This document shows positions 23,601-37,969 of a DNA stretch of 64,000 nucleotides, in pieces. This stretch comes from Basidiobolus meristosporus CBS 931.73 (lineage: Eukaryota; Fungi; Basidiobolomycota), in NCBI GenBank assembly GCA_002104905.1, contig MCFE01000395.1, positions 1-64,000 on the forward strand. Direction: 5' to 3'. The translations under genes and the position numbers were made by a program. A model generated the notes under the pieces. It made no database searches. It was given only the letters and a program-made list of their open reading frames with translations, and was not told where the DNA came from. Numbering within the stretch: position 1 is the stretch's first letter; the number at the start of each line of letters is the position of its first letter.

Positions 23601-26600
23601 CTGGAGATCTGGTTTTTTGCCTGTATATGCTTCAAAGGGTGTAGAATCACGTAGGGCTGTTGTTGGGCATCTGTTCTTGATGTATACAGCAGTAGCAACA
23701 GATTCAGCCCAAAACTTGTAGTGCATTCCCTTATCATGTGGCATAGATCTTCCCATCTCTACTATTGTTCTATTTGCACGTTCTGCTACTCCATTTTGCT
23801 GTGGAGTATGAGGAACTGTGGTCTGTTGAAGTATACCAGTAGACAAGCAGTATTTTGCAAACTCCTTTGAGCAGTATTCTCCTCCATTGTCACTTTGTAG
23901 TACCTTCAATTTTCACCCAGTTTGTGTTTCTGCCATGTTCTTGAAGTGCTTAAACGTCTCTAAAGCTTCATCCTTTGTTTTGAGGAAGTACACCCATGTA
24001 TATCTTGTCTTGTCATCAATAAACGTCATAAAGTATCTCTTGGCTCCAAAGGACAGTGTTCTCATGGGGCCACATATGTCTGAGTGTACAATAGCCAATA
24101 TTTCGGTGGTATTGATGCCTTCTGAGCTCTTGAAACGTTGCCTAGCTTGTTTGCCATATGAATATCCCTTACAAACATTCAATTTGATCGGAATTGAGTA
24201 TTTTAGGCCCAAAACAAGCTGATTTTTCACCAATTGGCTCATTTTCTGTTCCCCTATGTGTCCTAGCCTCCTATGCCATGTCTTCCAGTAGGTTTCATCA
24301 GTTTCAGCAATGTTGACATACTCAGGTACAATGATCTTGCATTGTAACTTGTATATATTGTGATCTCTGATTCCCAAAGCTAATTTTTGTCCATTTTCAC
24401 TCAATATTGAGCAGCTCAGCTTAGTAAAAACAAATTTCAGTCCCTGAGTAGTTGCTTTACTGACTGAGAGTAGGTTCTTAGCTATTCCAGGTATATAGAG
24501 TACGTCAGTCAGTTTTGCTGTTGTTGCCCCTGAGTTATCACTCATATTTAGTTGTATAAACCCACTGGCGGTAGCTTCCAATGCAGAGTTATCTCCCAGA
24601 TAAACCTTTCTTACGGGAATAGTCTTTAAGTTGCTGAACCAATCCTTTATACCACAAATATGCTGTGATGCTCCAGAGTCAATATACCATTCATTACTTT
24701 GGTTACTTGCACCCTCTTGTACAGTGACAAATAGCTGTTCATCAGTAGTTATATGGTTTGCCTGCTCTAGTTTCTGTTTTTTGTCTGCTTGTTTCTTCTT
24801 GCATTCTCTTGCTCAGTGTCCTGGCTTCTTACAGTAGTTACAGCAGCCAGGTTTTCTTTGGTTTTGTTGCTTTCCCTTCTTTTCTGTATGCCTTTCTGAA
24901 CTGAATAAAGCATTATCTTCAATTTTCTCTGCTTGGTCATTACGTCTGAGTTCTTCATGGAGAAGTCTTCCTTTGACATAGTCTAAAGTCAAGTTGTCTT
25001 CTCTGCTTTCAAAAGAAAGTATGAGTGGCTCATACTTGTCTAGTAGGCTGCAAAGCAGACAGAGTATCTTTTCTTCATCATCTACACCAGCATTAATACT
25101 GTAAAGTTCTTCTGCAAGTGTCTCCATTCTGGTAATGAGTTGTAGCATGTCATCATCTGGCTTTTTTCTCATGTTGAAGAACTTTTGTTTCGAATAAAGC
25201 TTGCTTGATACTGACTTTGCTCTAAAGATCTTCTCCAAGGATTCCCATGCTGCTTTGGCAGTATTTGAGGCATGGATTTGTCCAATGAAGGAGTCTTGCA
25301 CATTAATGCATATTGCATTGAAGGCCTTTCTCTCCTTCTCTTGAAACTTCTCCAAATCTTCTGCTGTTCCTTTGGGCTCAACTTCCTTTCCTGTTACTAT
25401 GTTCCAAAGCTTTCTTTCCTCAAGGTGGATCTGCATCTTGATTCTCCAAAGTCTGTAGTTCTTCCCATCAAACCTCTCCTTTACAGGGAAGATGTTGGTA
25501 TTGCTTTGTTTGCTGGTAGAAGTCATCTTTAGAATAGATTAAGGCAATCAGGGCTCATAACCTGTTGCAATTTAAGAAGTGATTTGGATATAAGGAACTT
25601 ATCAAGAAATAGTGATAATAGTTGAACTGTTGTTTATTCACAAAGAAGCTCAGTATTTATACCTTTGTAGAAGTAATACAGCTGCAACATTAAGTAGGGA
25701 GGGTTTCTCAATATTCAGGAGCATTCTGTAACAGATTCAGGGTTAGTACATAATGTTTGGTAATAGTGCTAATTTGATCCTGACTATAGGGGAATAATCA
25801 TAAGATCATATATCTGGAGAAAGTGGCAAAGTCAAGGCAGTAAATGAGTCCTACAGTGACTAAGACTAGCCTAGAATTGTTAAATAAATTTTTAGCTGCT
25901 GAATGATACCAAATAGTCCAATATTTCAACAGCATCTTGTATGCTTTCCAGCAGGACACTACCAAAGGTGTCATACATAGTGCATATTGTTTTCTGCATT
26001 GGAGATACCCTAGCCATCAGCAAGATGGCTGACTTTTCTGGGCACAGTGAACGGCATTGCTGTTAAATATGTAAGATCCTGGGGATTTACACCATTATCC
26101 ACACAAACTACTATTTTATGTATACCATACTAAAAACCGCATCTCCCCACAGAAGGATTGTACATTAGTCAGCACGCAATTGCAGCAAAGTAGGCAAGCT
26201 ATAAATCATTAGCTAGAATATGGAATTAATTGGAAACTGGGGATAATTCTAATGCAAAGTGTCTGTTGGGGCAAATGCTTTTTGCTAGGAGTATTGCAAT
26301 AGTTTTGCAACAATATACCTGTACTAATGGCAAAGGTGATCAAGAAGCATTTCAAGCTGAATGCACCCTTTGAGATACCTGAGAAATTTGAAATAATTGA
26401 CAACCTATTGCAGAGTACCCACTACTCAAAGTACTAGTTATATGCTACAATCAATATTCAAATGCAAGGACTGGATGAACTCTACATGAATACAGGAATA
26501 CTCTACCAAGGTATGCCAGAATTCGCTTGGCCACATGCCAACTTCTACACTATTCAATACAGAGCTCACTCAAACAAAAGCCAGAATGCACATTTAGGGG

Positions 26601-26680
26601 GGACAAGAATCCAGCAGGGAGTATGAGTTTACTGCTTAAATGCTAAGAAGGTCTTTGCAGATATTTGGGATCATTCTATA
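20625..26680 (+). pseudogene. CACTA-like transposase remnant, copy 3 (20625-21838 plus 25932-26680, split by Copia-B1)
   Basis: MWVQCPKC start, PCVISCMAF..CLTC, FAFDGF, WPLIL, GDTLAISK; internal deletion near 26490. Confidence 0.8.
21839..25931 (-). mobile_element. Copia-B1, TSD-bounded copia with RNase H deleted
   Basis: LTRs 21839-22207 and 25563-25931 (~5 mismatches). TSD GCATC on both sides. PBS GGTTATGAGCCCTG (complement at 25549-25562). PPT GAGGGGGAG. Gag start MTSTSKQ at 25526; WYIDSGAS; HSDICGP; YVDDL. Confidence 0.96.
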
Positions 26681-27185
26681 GCAGTTTCACAGTTAGTATA
26701 TAATTATTGGTAAAAGTGCTAATTTGATCTTGACTCCAGCAAGATGATAATAGGAGCAAGAATCTGAAAGAAAATGGGGAATTTAGGGCTGCAGATTATT
26801 CATACTGTGACTAAGACTAGTTCAGAGCTGTAAAGTAAATTTTCAGCTGCGGAATGATACCAAATAGCTCAATGTTTCCGCACTCCCTCTTGACAGAATG
26901 ATTTCTTAGTGCTAATTTCTCTCTGATATTCTCAAATTGTGGCCTAGCTATTAGTTTGTCAATATGTCTGGCACCACTTTGTCAGCTGGGCAGTAAGACA
27001 ACTCTGCTAAGATATTTTCCACTGCTTCTCCCACCAAGTGGTGTTGTATATCTATGTGCTTGGTTCTAGCATAATTAGTAGGATTTCCAGCTAATGAAAT
27101 ATAGCCTTGATTATCCTTGTAAATACATATTGGTCACTTGAATTAAAACCCAAGTCTTAGAGTAATTTTTGTAAACATAGAGCCT
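26680..27185 (-). pseudogene. Old Copia-B-like partial 3' LTR, PPT and RNase H remnant
   Basis: Diverged LTR sequence ending ~26881, then CTCCCCTC, then decayed KHIDIQHH/ADIL.K coding sequence. Confidence 0.7.
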
Positions 27186-27188
27186 TCA

Positions 27189-27630
27189 GATGAAATATTG
27201 AACTATTTGGCATCACCTAGCAGCTAAAACCTTACCTAACAATTCTGTAGTAGTCTTTTCACTGTTGGACCAATATTTAGCCCTAACTTTGCCACTCTCT
27301 TTCAGATCTAGGATTCTATGAATACCCCCCTAGAGTAAAGATCAAATTAACACTTTTACCCAATATGTTGTACCAACCCTGAAACTGTTGCACAATGCTC
27401 CTTAGTGTAAGGAAAGCCTCTGTACTTGGTGTTAAGGTTGTATTACTCCTACAAAGTTATCAATATGAGCTTTGTTATGAACAAACAACGGTTTACCTAT
27501 TATCATTATATCTTGATCAGTTCCTAATATCAAGACACTTCTTAAATTGCAACAGGTTATGAGCCCTAATTGCTTTGCTTTAATCAAAATATAACATCTA
27601 CCACTAAACAAGACCCTATGAGAGTTTATT
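27189..27630 (+). repeat. Old Copia-B-like 5' LTR with PBS and gag stub
   Basis: Ends ...CTTAAATTGCAACA at 27554, followed by GGTTATGAGCCCT. Confidence 0.8.
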
Positions 27631-29362
27631 GTGATGCTCCCATCATAAGGCCTTCACAGATTTTAAGTCCCATGGCTAAGAGGTACTGATCCTGTCAGGA
27701 TACTGTGCAAAGATTGTTGAAAAATAACTGCACCCCAAATTTCACAAAAAACTTTGTCAAAATATTTTGTCACAACAATATATATGTTGCTTTTGACTGG
27801 TTTCCTGCCAATTTGCTCACTTTGTGATCCCAGACACTCAATCAACTCCTACATTTAGGTACATTGATTGGCCATTGCCTCTTTTTCACACTCCTAACTT
27901 CCCCACTCAACTGTTTCACTTACTTTTCACATGTACAAATTGATTTAGTTTCATTGAAACTTCAGTTGTATCTCAGTTGCTAACTGGACTGACCTATACA
28001 AGTCACTATACCCCACACTAACATTGAGCCCTACCCCACACTCAACAAGTAACTCCATTAAAGTCCACCACTCAATAAGTGTTTCTGCTGCAATGATCTG
28101 TTTGGATGACTTTGGCAGGAAACCAAAAGCTTTGTGCCACTGTCCATTCACTGGTTCCCACACATCCTGGTTTTCAGCTGACATTGCAAGGTCTAGCACC
28201 TCTTCTGTCAGTCTTTGCAATAAATCCTTGCAAAATCCAAGTGGATTTTTTCAAGCACTGCTCTTGAAGAAGTGCTGTAACTTCTTGGTGTGCATATTAA
28301 AGTACCAAAATTTCACTGCAAGCATTGTGAAAGTCTTTTAAGTTTTTGATGTTTTAGCCTTGTTTGTTGGTGGGATCTCTACTCTGTCAATAATGGTGGA
28401 TGTGGAGGCTGTGGTTGACAAATTGACTTTCTCTGCAAACTCATCTACCTTACTGGAGTATAGCTCCACTGCCTGCGCATCCAATTCTTGTGAAAGCAGC
28501 TGTATTCTTATTAGTAATTCTTCTGTGCTACCATGTGATCAATCTGTTCTGCGCTGGTGGAATTAAGCAAGAACTACATTGTTTTTGCTGGCTTTCCTGT
28601 CTCAGACTTAGGTAGATATTTTCCCCCTCACCTTTTTCTTTATTACAGCCAAGTCTTTCACTGCTACTTTGTCTGAGTGCTACATGTAATGGGCTATATT
28701 TTCCCCCTAATAAATTCTGCTCTGACTCATCTGTTTTGGCCTGTATTTCCCTTGCTGGCACTCTACTGGCAACCTGACATCTCATTACTGCTAGTTTTAA
28801 GCTCTCAGCCATGGTTGTAACAGGCTCTGGAGAAAGCTGCTGGTTTTTTTCACTGCCAGGTCCTTCAGTACTACTTCAACTGAGTGCCTCTTGAGTAGTA
28901 CTATGCTTTTTCCTTGATAAGTGTTGGCTGGTGCCTCCATGTCTGCCTGTTTGTCCCTTGTTGGCACTCTTCCAGCCATCTGACATCTCTTTGACACTTG
29001 TTTGGAGCTTTTGGCCCTGCTTGCAACAGGCTCTTCAGGAAGCCATTGGCTCTTAGCTGCGGCACCCTTGTTCTTTGCCTTTGATAGTTTCTGCTATTCT
29101 TAAAGTAACTTCTGACAGCTTCTTGAATATTAGTCTACTCTTCATCATTGCACTCAATGACTTCATGGATCTTTAATGTCTTTTGATTTTTAGCCTTTGG
29201 TATAAACACCACATTGTCTCCCTCACATGCTGTGATAGGTTTTCCAGTGGGCTCTATTTTTGGGCAATGTTTTGCACTTCAAAGACTGTACAGTGTTCCT
29301 CTGATGTTATATTGGGAAATGGCTCAATTCTTGGCTGTGACATTGAGTTACTTCTTTGCAGT

Positions 29363-32300
29363 TATCACAAGTCTTGGTATAAAAGTTGTAGAGGAACAGG
29401 GAGTTTAGATAGTATTGTATTTACTAAAACTTGAACTGATATTTATTGAGGTTACAGCAGCTCCTTATATACATTATGCCAGATCAATTGCTGACTATTT
29501 GTATTTCCTAATGTAGGCTGTGGCTGATGACTCATTTGATTGCATCATCATTACCCAATAAGATCCTACCTAATATATTTATTTCTGTCTGATAAGGATC
29601 TGCTCATTCATTTGCTGACTAATGCTGCTGATTTAATAGATAATACTGCTATACTGATAACCTAAACATATAACTAATTGATATGTCTAAAAATTGAGCA
29701 AACTTGAACATTTAAGTGGCAGATCATAATATTCTCCCCTGCTAAAGTTGAAATGGTTCTCCTGAGTCTATTTTCTTGTGATACCAATATATTGATGGTT
29801 CAGTTTTATCAGCAAGTCTTGCAAGCTTGAGTCTGTCCCTTTGCACCAAGTTTTCCAGGATATTGCCTTGTTTGTCCACTAGTTGGTAAGTTGCAAATGT
29901 ACATTCTCTGATGATCTTGAATGGTCACGTTAATTGTGGCTCAAACTTCTTCCAAGTGTTGTTTCTTAGTAAAACAAAGTTCTCAACTTTCCATGCTTCT
30001 GGTGCTATAGTTTTATCAAATCTCTGCTTCATCTTTTCTGCAGTTTGAGATACTTTGGTCTGTGACCCTGGATGTCTTTGTTCCAGTTGCTGGTGTCTAC
30101 TTGGCTGACTGAGTTCATCTTCTATGGTGTCTGTAAGCTTTGGTTGTGTAAGATCTCCTGTTATCCTTGGCTCAGATGCATAAACTAAGTGAAATGGCAA
30201 TTGCTGGGTGGTATTGTGTACTCTGACTCTGCATGCAAAGAGTGCTTGGTCTATATACTTGTCCCATCTACTGACAATTCCATTTGCATACTTGGTCAGC
30301 ATTTTTCCAAATAATCCATTAAACCATTCAGTGACTCCATTAGTTCTGGGGTGATATGCCAAGGTTTTCAAGTGTTTGATCTGCTGCATTTCCAGGTAAG
30401 CTTCAAATGTCTTTGCCATAAAGTTTGCACATCTATCAGATAGAATCTCTACAGGGCATCCAAACTTCATAAGGATTTCATGGTAGATGAAACTTGCAAC
30501 TTCTTGTTCACTGGCTCTATGTACAGCTTTAGCCACTGGCCACTTTGTGGCATGGTCAATTGCTACTAGGATCCAATGGTTGCAGCTCCTTGTAGTTGGC
30601 AGTCTTCCAATAAAGTCAATTCCACATCTTTCAAATGGTCTTACAGGCTCCAAGGGAAAGAGTTCAGCAATTCTCTGTGGTTGGCCTGGGTTGATTTGGC
30701 AATTTGGGCATGTTTTCACTATCTTCTCAGTGTCTTGTTTCATTCTGGGCCACCATGCTCTGACTTTCACAAGACTCTAGGTTCCTTCAATTCCAAAATG
30801 TTCATATCCATTGTGTAGCTTATGTATTAAATCCAGGCAAGAAACATAAGGGCAATAGGCAATAGGGCTTCCATCAACAATTTGGTAGAGTGTTCTATCC
30901 TGCACTACAAATTTGATGGCTTCATCCCGGATTATCCTCTTAATATCTTCATCCACCTGATTAGGAATGGCTTGGTCCTCCAAGTACTATGTTAATAGGC
31001 TACGCTAATCTGATTCATGCACCAAGTTGAGTTGTGCAACTTGATCTGATTTTGATAAGGTGTCAGTAACCATGTTGTTTTTCCAGGGCAGTAGACAATC
31101 TCCAAGTCAAACTGTTGAATTTATTCACTCCTTCTTTTCATTCTACTAAGGAATACCTTTGGAGTAAATATATACTTGAGGGAGGCATGATCAGTCTTCA
31201 CAGTGCATTTGACTCCTTCAATATAGCATCTCCATGTCTTCAAACAGGGTAATATAGCAAGCATCTCCTTCTCATGCACTGGATAGTTTTGTTCTGCTAA
31301 GCTCAGTTTCTTGGATTCAAAGGCAACAGGGTAGTCCTTTCCCCCAAGTTCTTGGCTCAACACTCCACCAATTGTATAATCTGAAGCATCTGTGCACAGA
31401 GTAAACTCTTTTCTAAAGTCAGGTATTCTTTAGCTTGGCAGCTTAGCAAGTTCATTCTTGAGTGTCTGGAAGGCTGTGTAACAAGCTATATCCCACATGT
31501 AGGTATTGTCTTTCTTCACAATATCAGTTAAAGGTGTTGCAATACTTGCAAAGGAGTTGACAGATCTCCAATAATAGGAAACCATTCCAAGGAATGATCT
31601 GAGCTCTAATATGCTATGGGGCTGCTTCAGATTCTAGATAACTTCAACCTTCTTAGGGTCTAAGGTTACTCCTGTGCTAGTCACTATGTGTCCCAGATAT
31701 TCAACATGTTCCTTGAAGAATTCACACTTGGGTAGCTTGTCATAAAGCTTGTTCTCACTTAGCTTCTTCAAGACCTTTTCAATGTGTACCAAGTGATTGT
31801 TATGATCTGCCGCTTGAATGTTTAAGTTAGATCAGTTTTTAGTCAAATCAATTAGTATATGTTTAGGTTATCAGTATATCAGTATTATCTATGAAATCAG
31901 TAGCATTAGTCAGCAAATGAATCAGCAGATCCTTATCAGACAGAAATAGATATATTAAGTAGGATCTTATTGGGTGATGATGATGCAATCAAATGAGTCA
32001 TCAGCCACAACCTACATTAGGAAATACAATTAGTCAGCAATTGATAAGGCAAAATGTATATAAGGAGCTGCTGGAACCTCAATAAAAATCAGTTCAAGTT
32101 TTAGTGAATACAATACTAGCTAAACTCCCTATTCCTCTACAACTCTTAAGCCAAGACTTGTAACATGATCCTCTTCTCTCTTGCTGTATATCAATATATC
32201 ATCTAGGTTGATTATGACAAACCTGTCTAAGTACTCCTGGAAGACAGTCTGCATCAGGTTCATGAATGTTGCAGGGGCATTGGTGAGGCCAAAACTCATG

Positions 32301-34669
32301 ACTAAGTACTTGTAATGTCCATACCTGGTCCTGAATGCTGTCTTAGGGATGTCTTCTGGCTTCACCTTTATCTGGTTGTATCCTAACATGAGGTCAATCT
32401 TCCTGAAAATAGTGGCTCCATTGAGTTGGTCCAAGAGCTCATCAATCCAAGGTATGGGGTATTTATTCATCACAGTAACTGCGTTGAGGGCTCTGCAGTC
32501 AATGCACATCCTAAGTGTTCCATCCTTTGTCTTCACAAAAAGTTCTGGTGCTCCCCAAAGTGACTTGCTAGGTCTGATATATCCTTGCTCCAGTATCTGA
32601 TCTATCTGTCTCTTCATCTCTTCCAACTCCAATGGACTCATTCTGTAAGGTGTCTTATTCACTGGAGGGCTATCTCCTGTTTCAATGGCATGATCCATGT
32701 CTCTGACTAGTGGTAGGCTTACAAGCTCTTCTGAAAATACATCTGAATATTCCTTCAAAAGAGTCTGGACCTTCTGGGCTACTGGAGTGGAGGAATACTC
32801 CTGCAATTCTGCCATGAGGAACATCTGGGCAACTTTTCCTAGTGCTTTACAGAACTGTGTCTTGCTAAGCTCCCTTGCTTCACACACACTGGATTTGACC
32901 AAGTTAAAAACCAGTCTGGCAGGTAATAGCTACCAGGACTTGTTGTTCTTCTGGATCTGAGTAGCATGGGTTCTCCAGTTAATTGATGGATTACAACAAA
33001 ATAGTCAGGTCTTCCTAAGTACAAGGTCAAACTTGCAGCTCCCAAATATATAGGCCTGTAGATCTTGTTCATAGTCATTGATCTTCATCCTCACTGGCTG
33101 AGTAATAGGGTTGATTATATGAGAGTTCCCATCAGCTGTTGAGACTGAAGTTGATTTGTTGGGTTCCAAGTTGATTCCAGCTTTCAAAGCAAATTGCTCT
33201 GACATGTACTCATGTGATGCTCCTGAGTCAATCATGATCTAAGCAGGTACCTCATTGATTACTCCATTCAAGTATAATAGCTTTCCTGAGTTTGAGGTCA
33301 TCTGGGATAGTTATTCTTCTGTCATATTGAAGATGAGTTCTGAGTCTTCTTCAAGTTCATCTGCCATTTTACTATGCTCCATGGCCTCAATATGGTTAAA
33401 AGTTCTTGATGGCTAGCGTTCATTTCTTCTCTGAGGGCAGTACTTTGCAATATCTCCCTGCTGGTGGCAGCTGAAGCAAAGTCCTTTCTTCTTACATTCT
33501 TTTGAGGTAGGATTCTTCTGCATAGCATCTATTTCCATTGGCACCGCTTCTGATTGTCTTCTTTCATAGAGATTGTAGCCTCTCTGATTAGTCATTGTGG
33601 GCTTCCCAACTCCAAACATAGCTGGGTCATAGTCTATGGCAATCTTGATGCCTTCTTCAATAGTCGGAGATCTTCAATAATTCACTTCCTTAAGCATTCT
33701 TTCTTTCAACCCATCAATAAAGTATTCAACTTGATCCAGAGGGTCTATTCTTTCAATTTGCCCCAATAGACATCTATATTCATAGATGTACTCTTGAGCC
33801 ATTCCCCTCTGTCTGAGTGCCTTCAACTTTCTTCTTAGTAGTGCCTAAAGGTGTGGAGGTTCAAAAGCATCCTGATATTTCCAACACAAACTCATACCAG
33901 GTAGAGATTGTAGAGCATCCCATCATGGTGGCTGACCTGATCTTGTTGTGGTACCACTGCAAAGCTGTGTCTGCCAGGTAAGAGGCTGCATAATGTAACT
34001 TACTTTCTGGAGCAATTCCCTTAGCCTTGAAAGCTTCTTCAATCTGGAAGAGCCAAGTTCCCAGGTTTTCATTGACTTTACCATGGTACTGGCTGACTTT
34101 CACACTAAAGTTGCTCTTGACAGGGTTTTGCTGGCTTTGTGCCATGGTAGTCCTTCCTTGTTGCTACTGGCTAAGGATCTGGAGTAACTTTTGCTGGGCC
34201 AGGATTTGTTGCATAGCATTCTTCCATTCTTGACTTTTGGACATTTTGAGGGAGGCTTCTTCTTTCTTCAGGAGGGATGTTTCTGGTTATTGCTGCTACC
34301 AATGTTACAAGTTGTGGTATAAGAGTTGTAGAGGAATAGGGAGTTTAGCTAGTATTGTATTCACTAAAACTTGAACTGATTTTATTGAGGTTCCAGCAGC
34401 TCCTTATATACATTTTGCCAGATCAATTGCTGACTGATTGTGTTTCCTAATGTAGGCTGTGGCTGATGACTCATTTGCTTGCATCATCATCACCCAGTAA
34501 GATCCTATTAATATATCTATTTTGGTCTGATAAGGATCTGCTGATTCATTTGCTGACTAATGCTGCTTATTTGATTGATAATACTGCTATACTGATAACC
34601 AAAACATATAACTAAATGATTTGACTAAAAACTTATCAAACTCAAACATTCAAGTGGCAGATCATAACA
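29363..34669 (-). mobile_element. Gypsy-A2, decayed full-length element
   Basis: LTRs 29363-29731 and 34303-34669; 4-bp TSD CAGT; many stops; retains protease MIDSGASHEY (33005-33235). Confidence 0.93.
31798..32165 (+). repeat. Gypsy-A solo LTR inside the Gypsy-A2 RT, opposite orientation
   Basis: 4-bp TSD TGAT at 31794-31797 and 32166-32169. Confidence 0.95.
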
Positions 34670-37600
34670 CAGTAATGATACTGCTTTCTTGCTTGGGATG
34701 CTGATTGCTCTATATGTATTATCCACTCATCATGTTTCTGGACTATTTCCTGATTTCTCTGGGCCATTGCATCTGTCTTATTAGCCACCACACCTATTGC
34801 TTCATTAATACTTTTATATGCACTGACAACATGCTTGGCAATATTGGTGGTGGTGATGTTATGATGGCCACTTGCAGGCCTTCAACTGAAGGTACTGCAT
34901 TTGTTACATTCTCATCTGCCTAAGTATATTAGTCAGCTTGCAGCTGCACAGATGTTATCAATTCCCAACTTGACTGAAAGCCTGAGGAGTCTGCATTATT
35001 ACCTTCAGTGGGCACACTGTCAACATGGCCTTTTTTGGATGCTCACTGGTTGTTGCACTGAATGTCAAAGCAAGCTGTTGTCCAGCTGTTCTTCTGCAGC
35101 CATCTGCAGTAGGGCTTGATTGGGAACCAGACCACTTTGCTCTACTTTTTGGTGGCATATATATGGAAGTGAGTCAAGACAAAGGGGAAATAGAGTTACA
35201 TATACATGTGTATGTGGTGCCACAGCTTTATTTATAGTGCTTACTATGATGGGACATCATTGAATCTAACATTCATGTAGGTGCAATGTCTAAAGTACTA
35301 GATTGCCTTAAATTCACATGAGTATTGACCAAAGAGTGATATAATAGCATTACAATGTTGAAGATCAAGCTTTTTGCCCCATTGACAAGACTTCTTTGAT
35401 TGAATGTGGTAAGAGAAGATAAAAAATATCATGTGGCTGTCATAGTAAGCGTCTCAGCCATGAAGCATGCTGACAGCATAGGAAGTATTACAAAGACCAC
35501 AGCCAGTGTTTTGCCACATAAGTCATATATGACCATTCACCAGTAGCTACAGTACCAATAATATCTAGCTGGACAGTTGATATCTTTATATTGGCACCTG
35601 GCCATCTTTGTCACCTTGCGCAAACTGAGTAAGGTGAGTTTGTGACACCTTTAGGCCCACTGCAGCCTTCTGAATATGGCATGCAGAGTGAAAGCTCTGA
35701 CAAAGAAGGCTCACTGATGGATTATGAGTGTATCTTCCATAACAACACTATTGCACATGAGCCTGGTCAAATCCCAATATGCAATAAGACAACACCCATT
35801 AAAGCAAATGCCAAGGATACTTTATGGAGCCAAGTGAGCCAAGTAGCTTATCTACTGGTAAATGATGTAATGTTGTAGCTAGAGCAGTGGTGCGCCTCCA
35901 CTAATATCAGTAACAGGGGCTTTGAGGATCTACTACTACTCCTTGCCAAAATTATTCCAGGATGCAACTTACTATGTACAGGATACAAGTGGACAAATGT
36001 CATGCGGCTGGCAACGTATGACTTAGAGACTGTTCTAATTCCAGCATGTGTTAATAGTTGCATGGCATTCAAATCCAAAAATGCCACCATTGCAACATGT
36101 CCAAACTATTGGGAATCCACCACCATAGAGAGGAAACATTGTTCACACTCTGGATGTATTCAAGTAATACCCTGTCTAAAGAAGCTCATGCAGTCCAACA
36201 AATATTGCAAAGATATAAAGTACCACACACAGTATCAATCAGGCACAAACATATCCAATGTATTTGATGGCAAACATTACAAACAGCTAAGACGCAAGGG
36301 CTACCTTGAAGGTATGTAAGACCATGCCTTTGCCTTAGCACCTGATGGATTCTCATTAGACAAGTACTCTACTGGCAAGTCCTGATGGTCACTGATTCTT
36401 GTCCACCTGAATCTGCCACCTATCTTGGGTATCAGAGCCATAATCTGATAGTAGTTTCACTGGTGTCTGGGCCTAAATTACACTGGATAGCTGCCTGTAT
36501 ACATTGCTGGATGAATTTTGTATGCTTTCTTACAGGACAACAGAAAATGGCCATCATGTTGAAGCACATATTCTTATCTGCATTAGAGATAACCCAGCTA
36601 TCAGCAAGATAGCAGTCTTTTTTTGGCACACTGGATGGTATTGCTGTCAAATGTGTGAGATGCAGGGGGCTTATTCCATAATGCACACACATTATTATTA
36701 TCCAAATGCCAACACTAAGAACATTCTTTCCCACAGAGCAAGCATACAGAAGTCAGCATGCAATTTCAGCAAAGTTAGCAAGCTATCAGCTGTTGACTAA
36801 AATACGGATTTAATTGGAAACCAGAAATACTTAAGATAGATGGTATCTGTTGGAGCATTTGCTTCTCATCAATATCCCCATACTGATGACCAAGTTGTAG
36901 ATGGGGCATTTCAAGCTAAATGAGCCCATCAAGATACCTGGGAAATTTGAAAGAATTGGTAAAATATTACTAAGTATTTGCAACCCTAAGTACTTCTCAA
37001 TGGCCCCAATCAATAGTTATACAAATAAGCAACAATACAAATTCAAAGACTGGATGAACTGGATAGGTATTTATTCAAGTGGCATTCAGAAGCCATTCTT
37101 ACCAAGAGTACATTGGAAGCATTGGGAGTCATATGCGGGCATTGTAGGATATTCATCCAGATGCAGATCACTGATGCCAACTTGACACATCTACAGCTGT
37201 TGTGTAAGGAGTTTGTAATGGGATTTGAGCAGCAATTTTAGAGACATAAAGCTTAGCATGTAGATTTCTGCCGCTACTATATCCATTATCTACTCTGTCA
37301 TGCTTGATGTGTGGCAAATATTGGTCCTTGCTTCACTTTTTGGGAGTTTCCTATGGAGCAGATATGTGGGGAGATGGGAAGACAAGTCAAGTTGCAGATA
37401 CTACCATATCCCAATCTCATCAAGAACATTACCAGCAAGTCTAGCATGGATTTAATGAGTTGGTGCATGGAGGACAGCCAGGAAAAGTTGGAAATATTGA
37501 AGACAGATGTACACATAGTGAAATCTATGCCTACGGCATTAAGAAGCTATACAGTCCCAATGCGTGGGTAATCAGTTAAGTAATGCAAGGTTGGGTTTGG

Positions 37601-37969
37601 TGCAACAAGCAGCTGATTTTTATTAGCAGTACTCCACCAAGGTTTGCCAGACTTCTCTTGGTCACAAGCCAACTTCTGCACCAATCATTACAGAATTCAT
37701 ACAACAAAGAGCCTGCACATATCTATAAGGGGGACTAGAATCCAACCAGGAAAAGGAATATATTGGCTAAATACCAAAAAGCTCTTTGCAGATATTTAGG
37801 AGGAATTCATGGTAGAAGTGGCAGCAGCCATGCATATGTTTGCAGAATGTATTTGTTTCCAGCAGTGCAACATATATGGCAACTTTGCAAGTCTCACACT
37901 AAAAAGCTGTAAAGTTGAGGTAATAGAAATATGTCAATTGAGGCAGGAGTGTAAATTTGCAGAGGATAG

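Larger units (their letters stand above)
27660..35158 (-). pseudogene. CACTA ORF2, most complete copy (35158-34670 plus 29362-~27660, split by Gypsy-A2)
   Basis: MPPKSRA start; joins across the CAGT TSD; includes a ~205-bp tandem duplication and a coiled-coil-like segment (LLIRIQLLSQELDAQAVELY). The 3' extent is uncertain. Confidence 0.55.
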
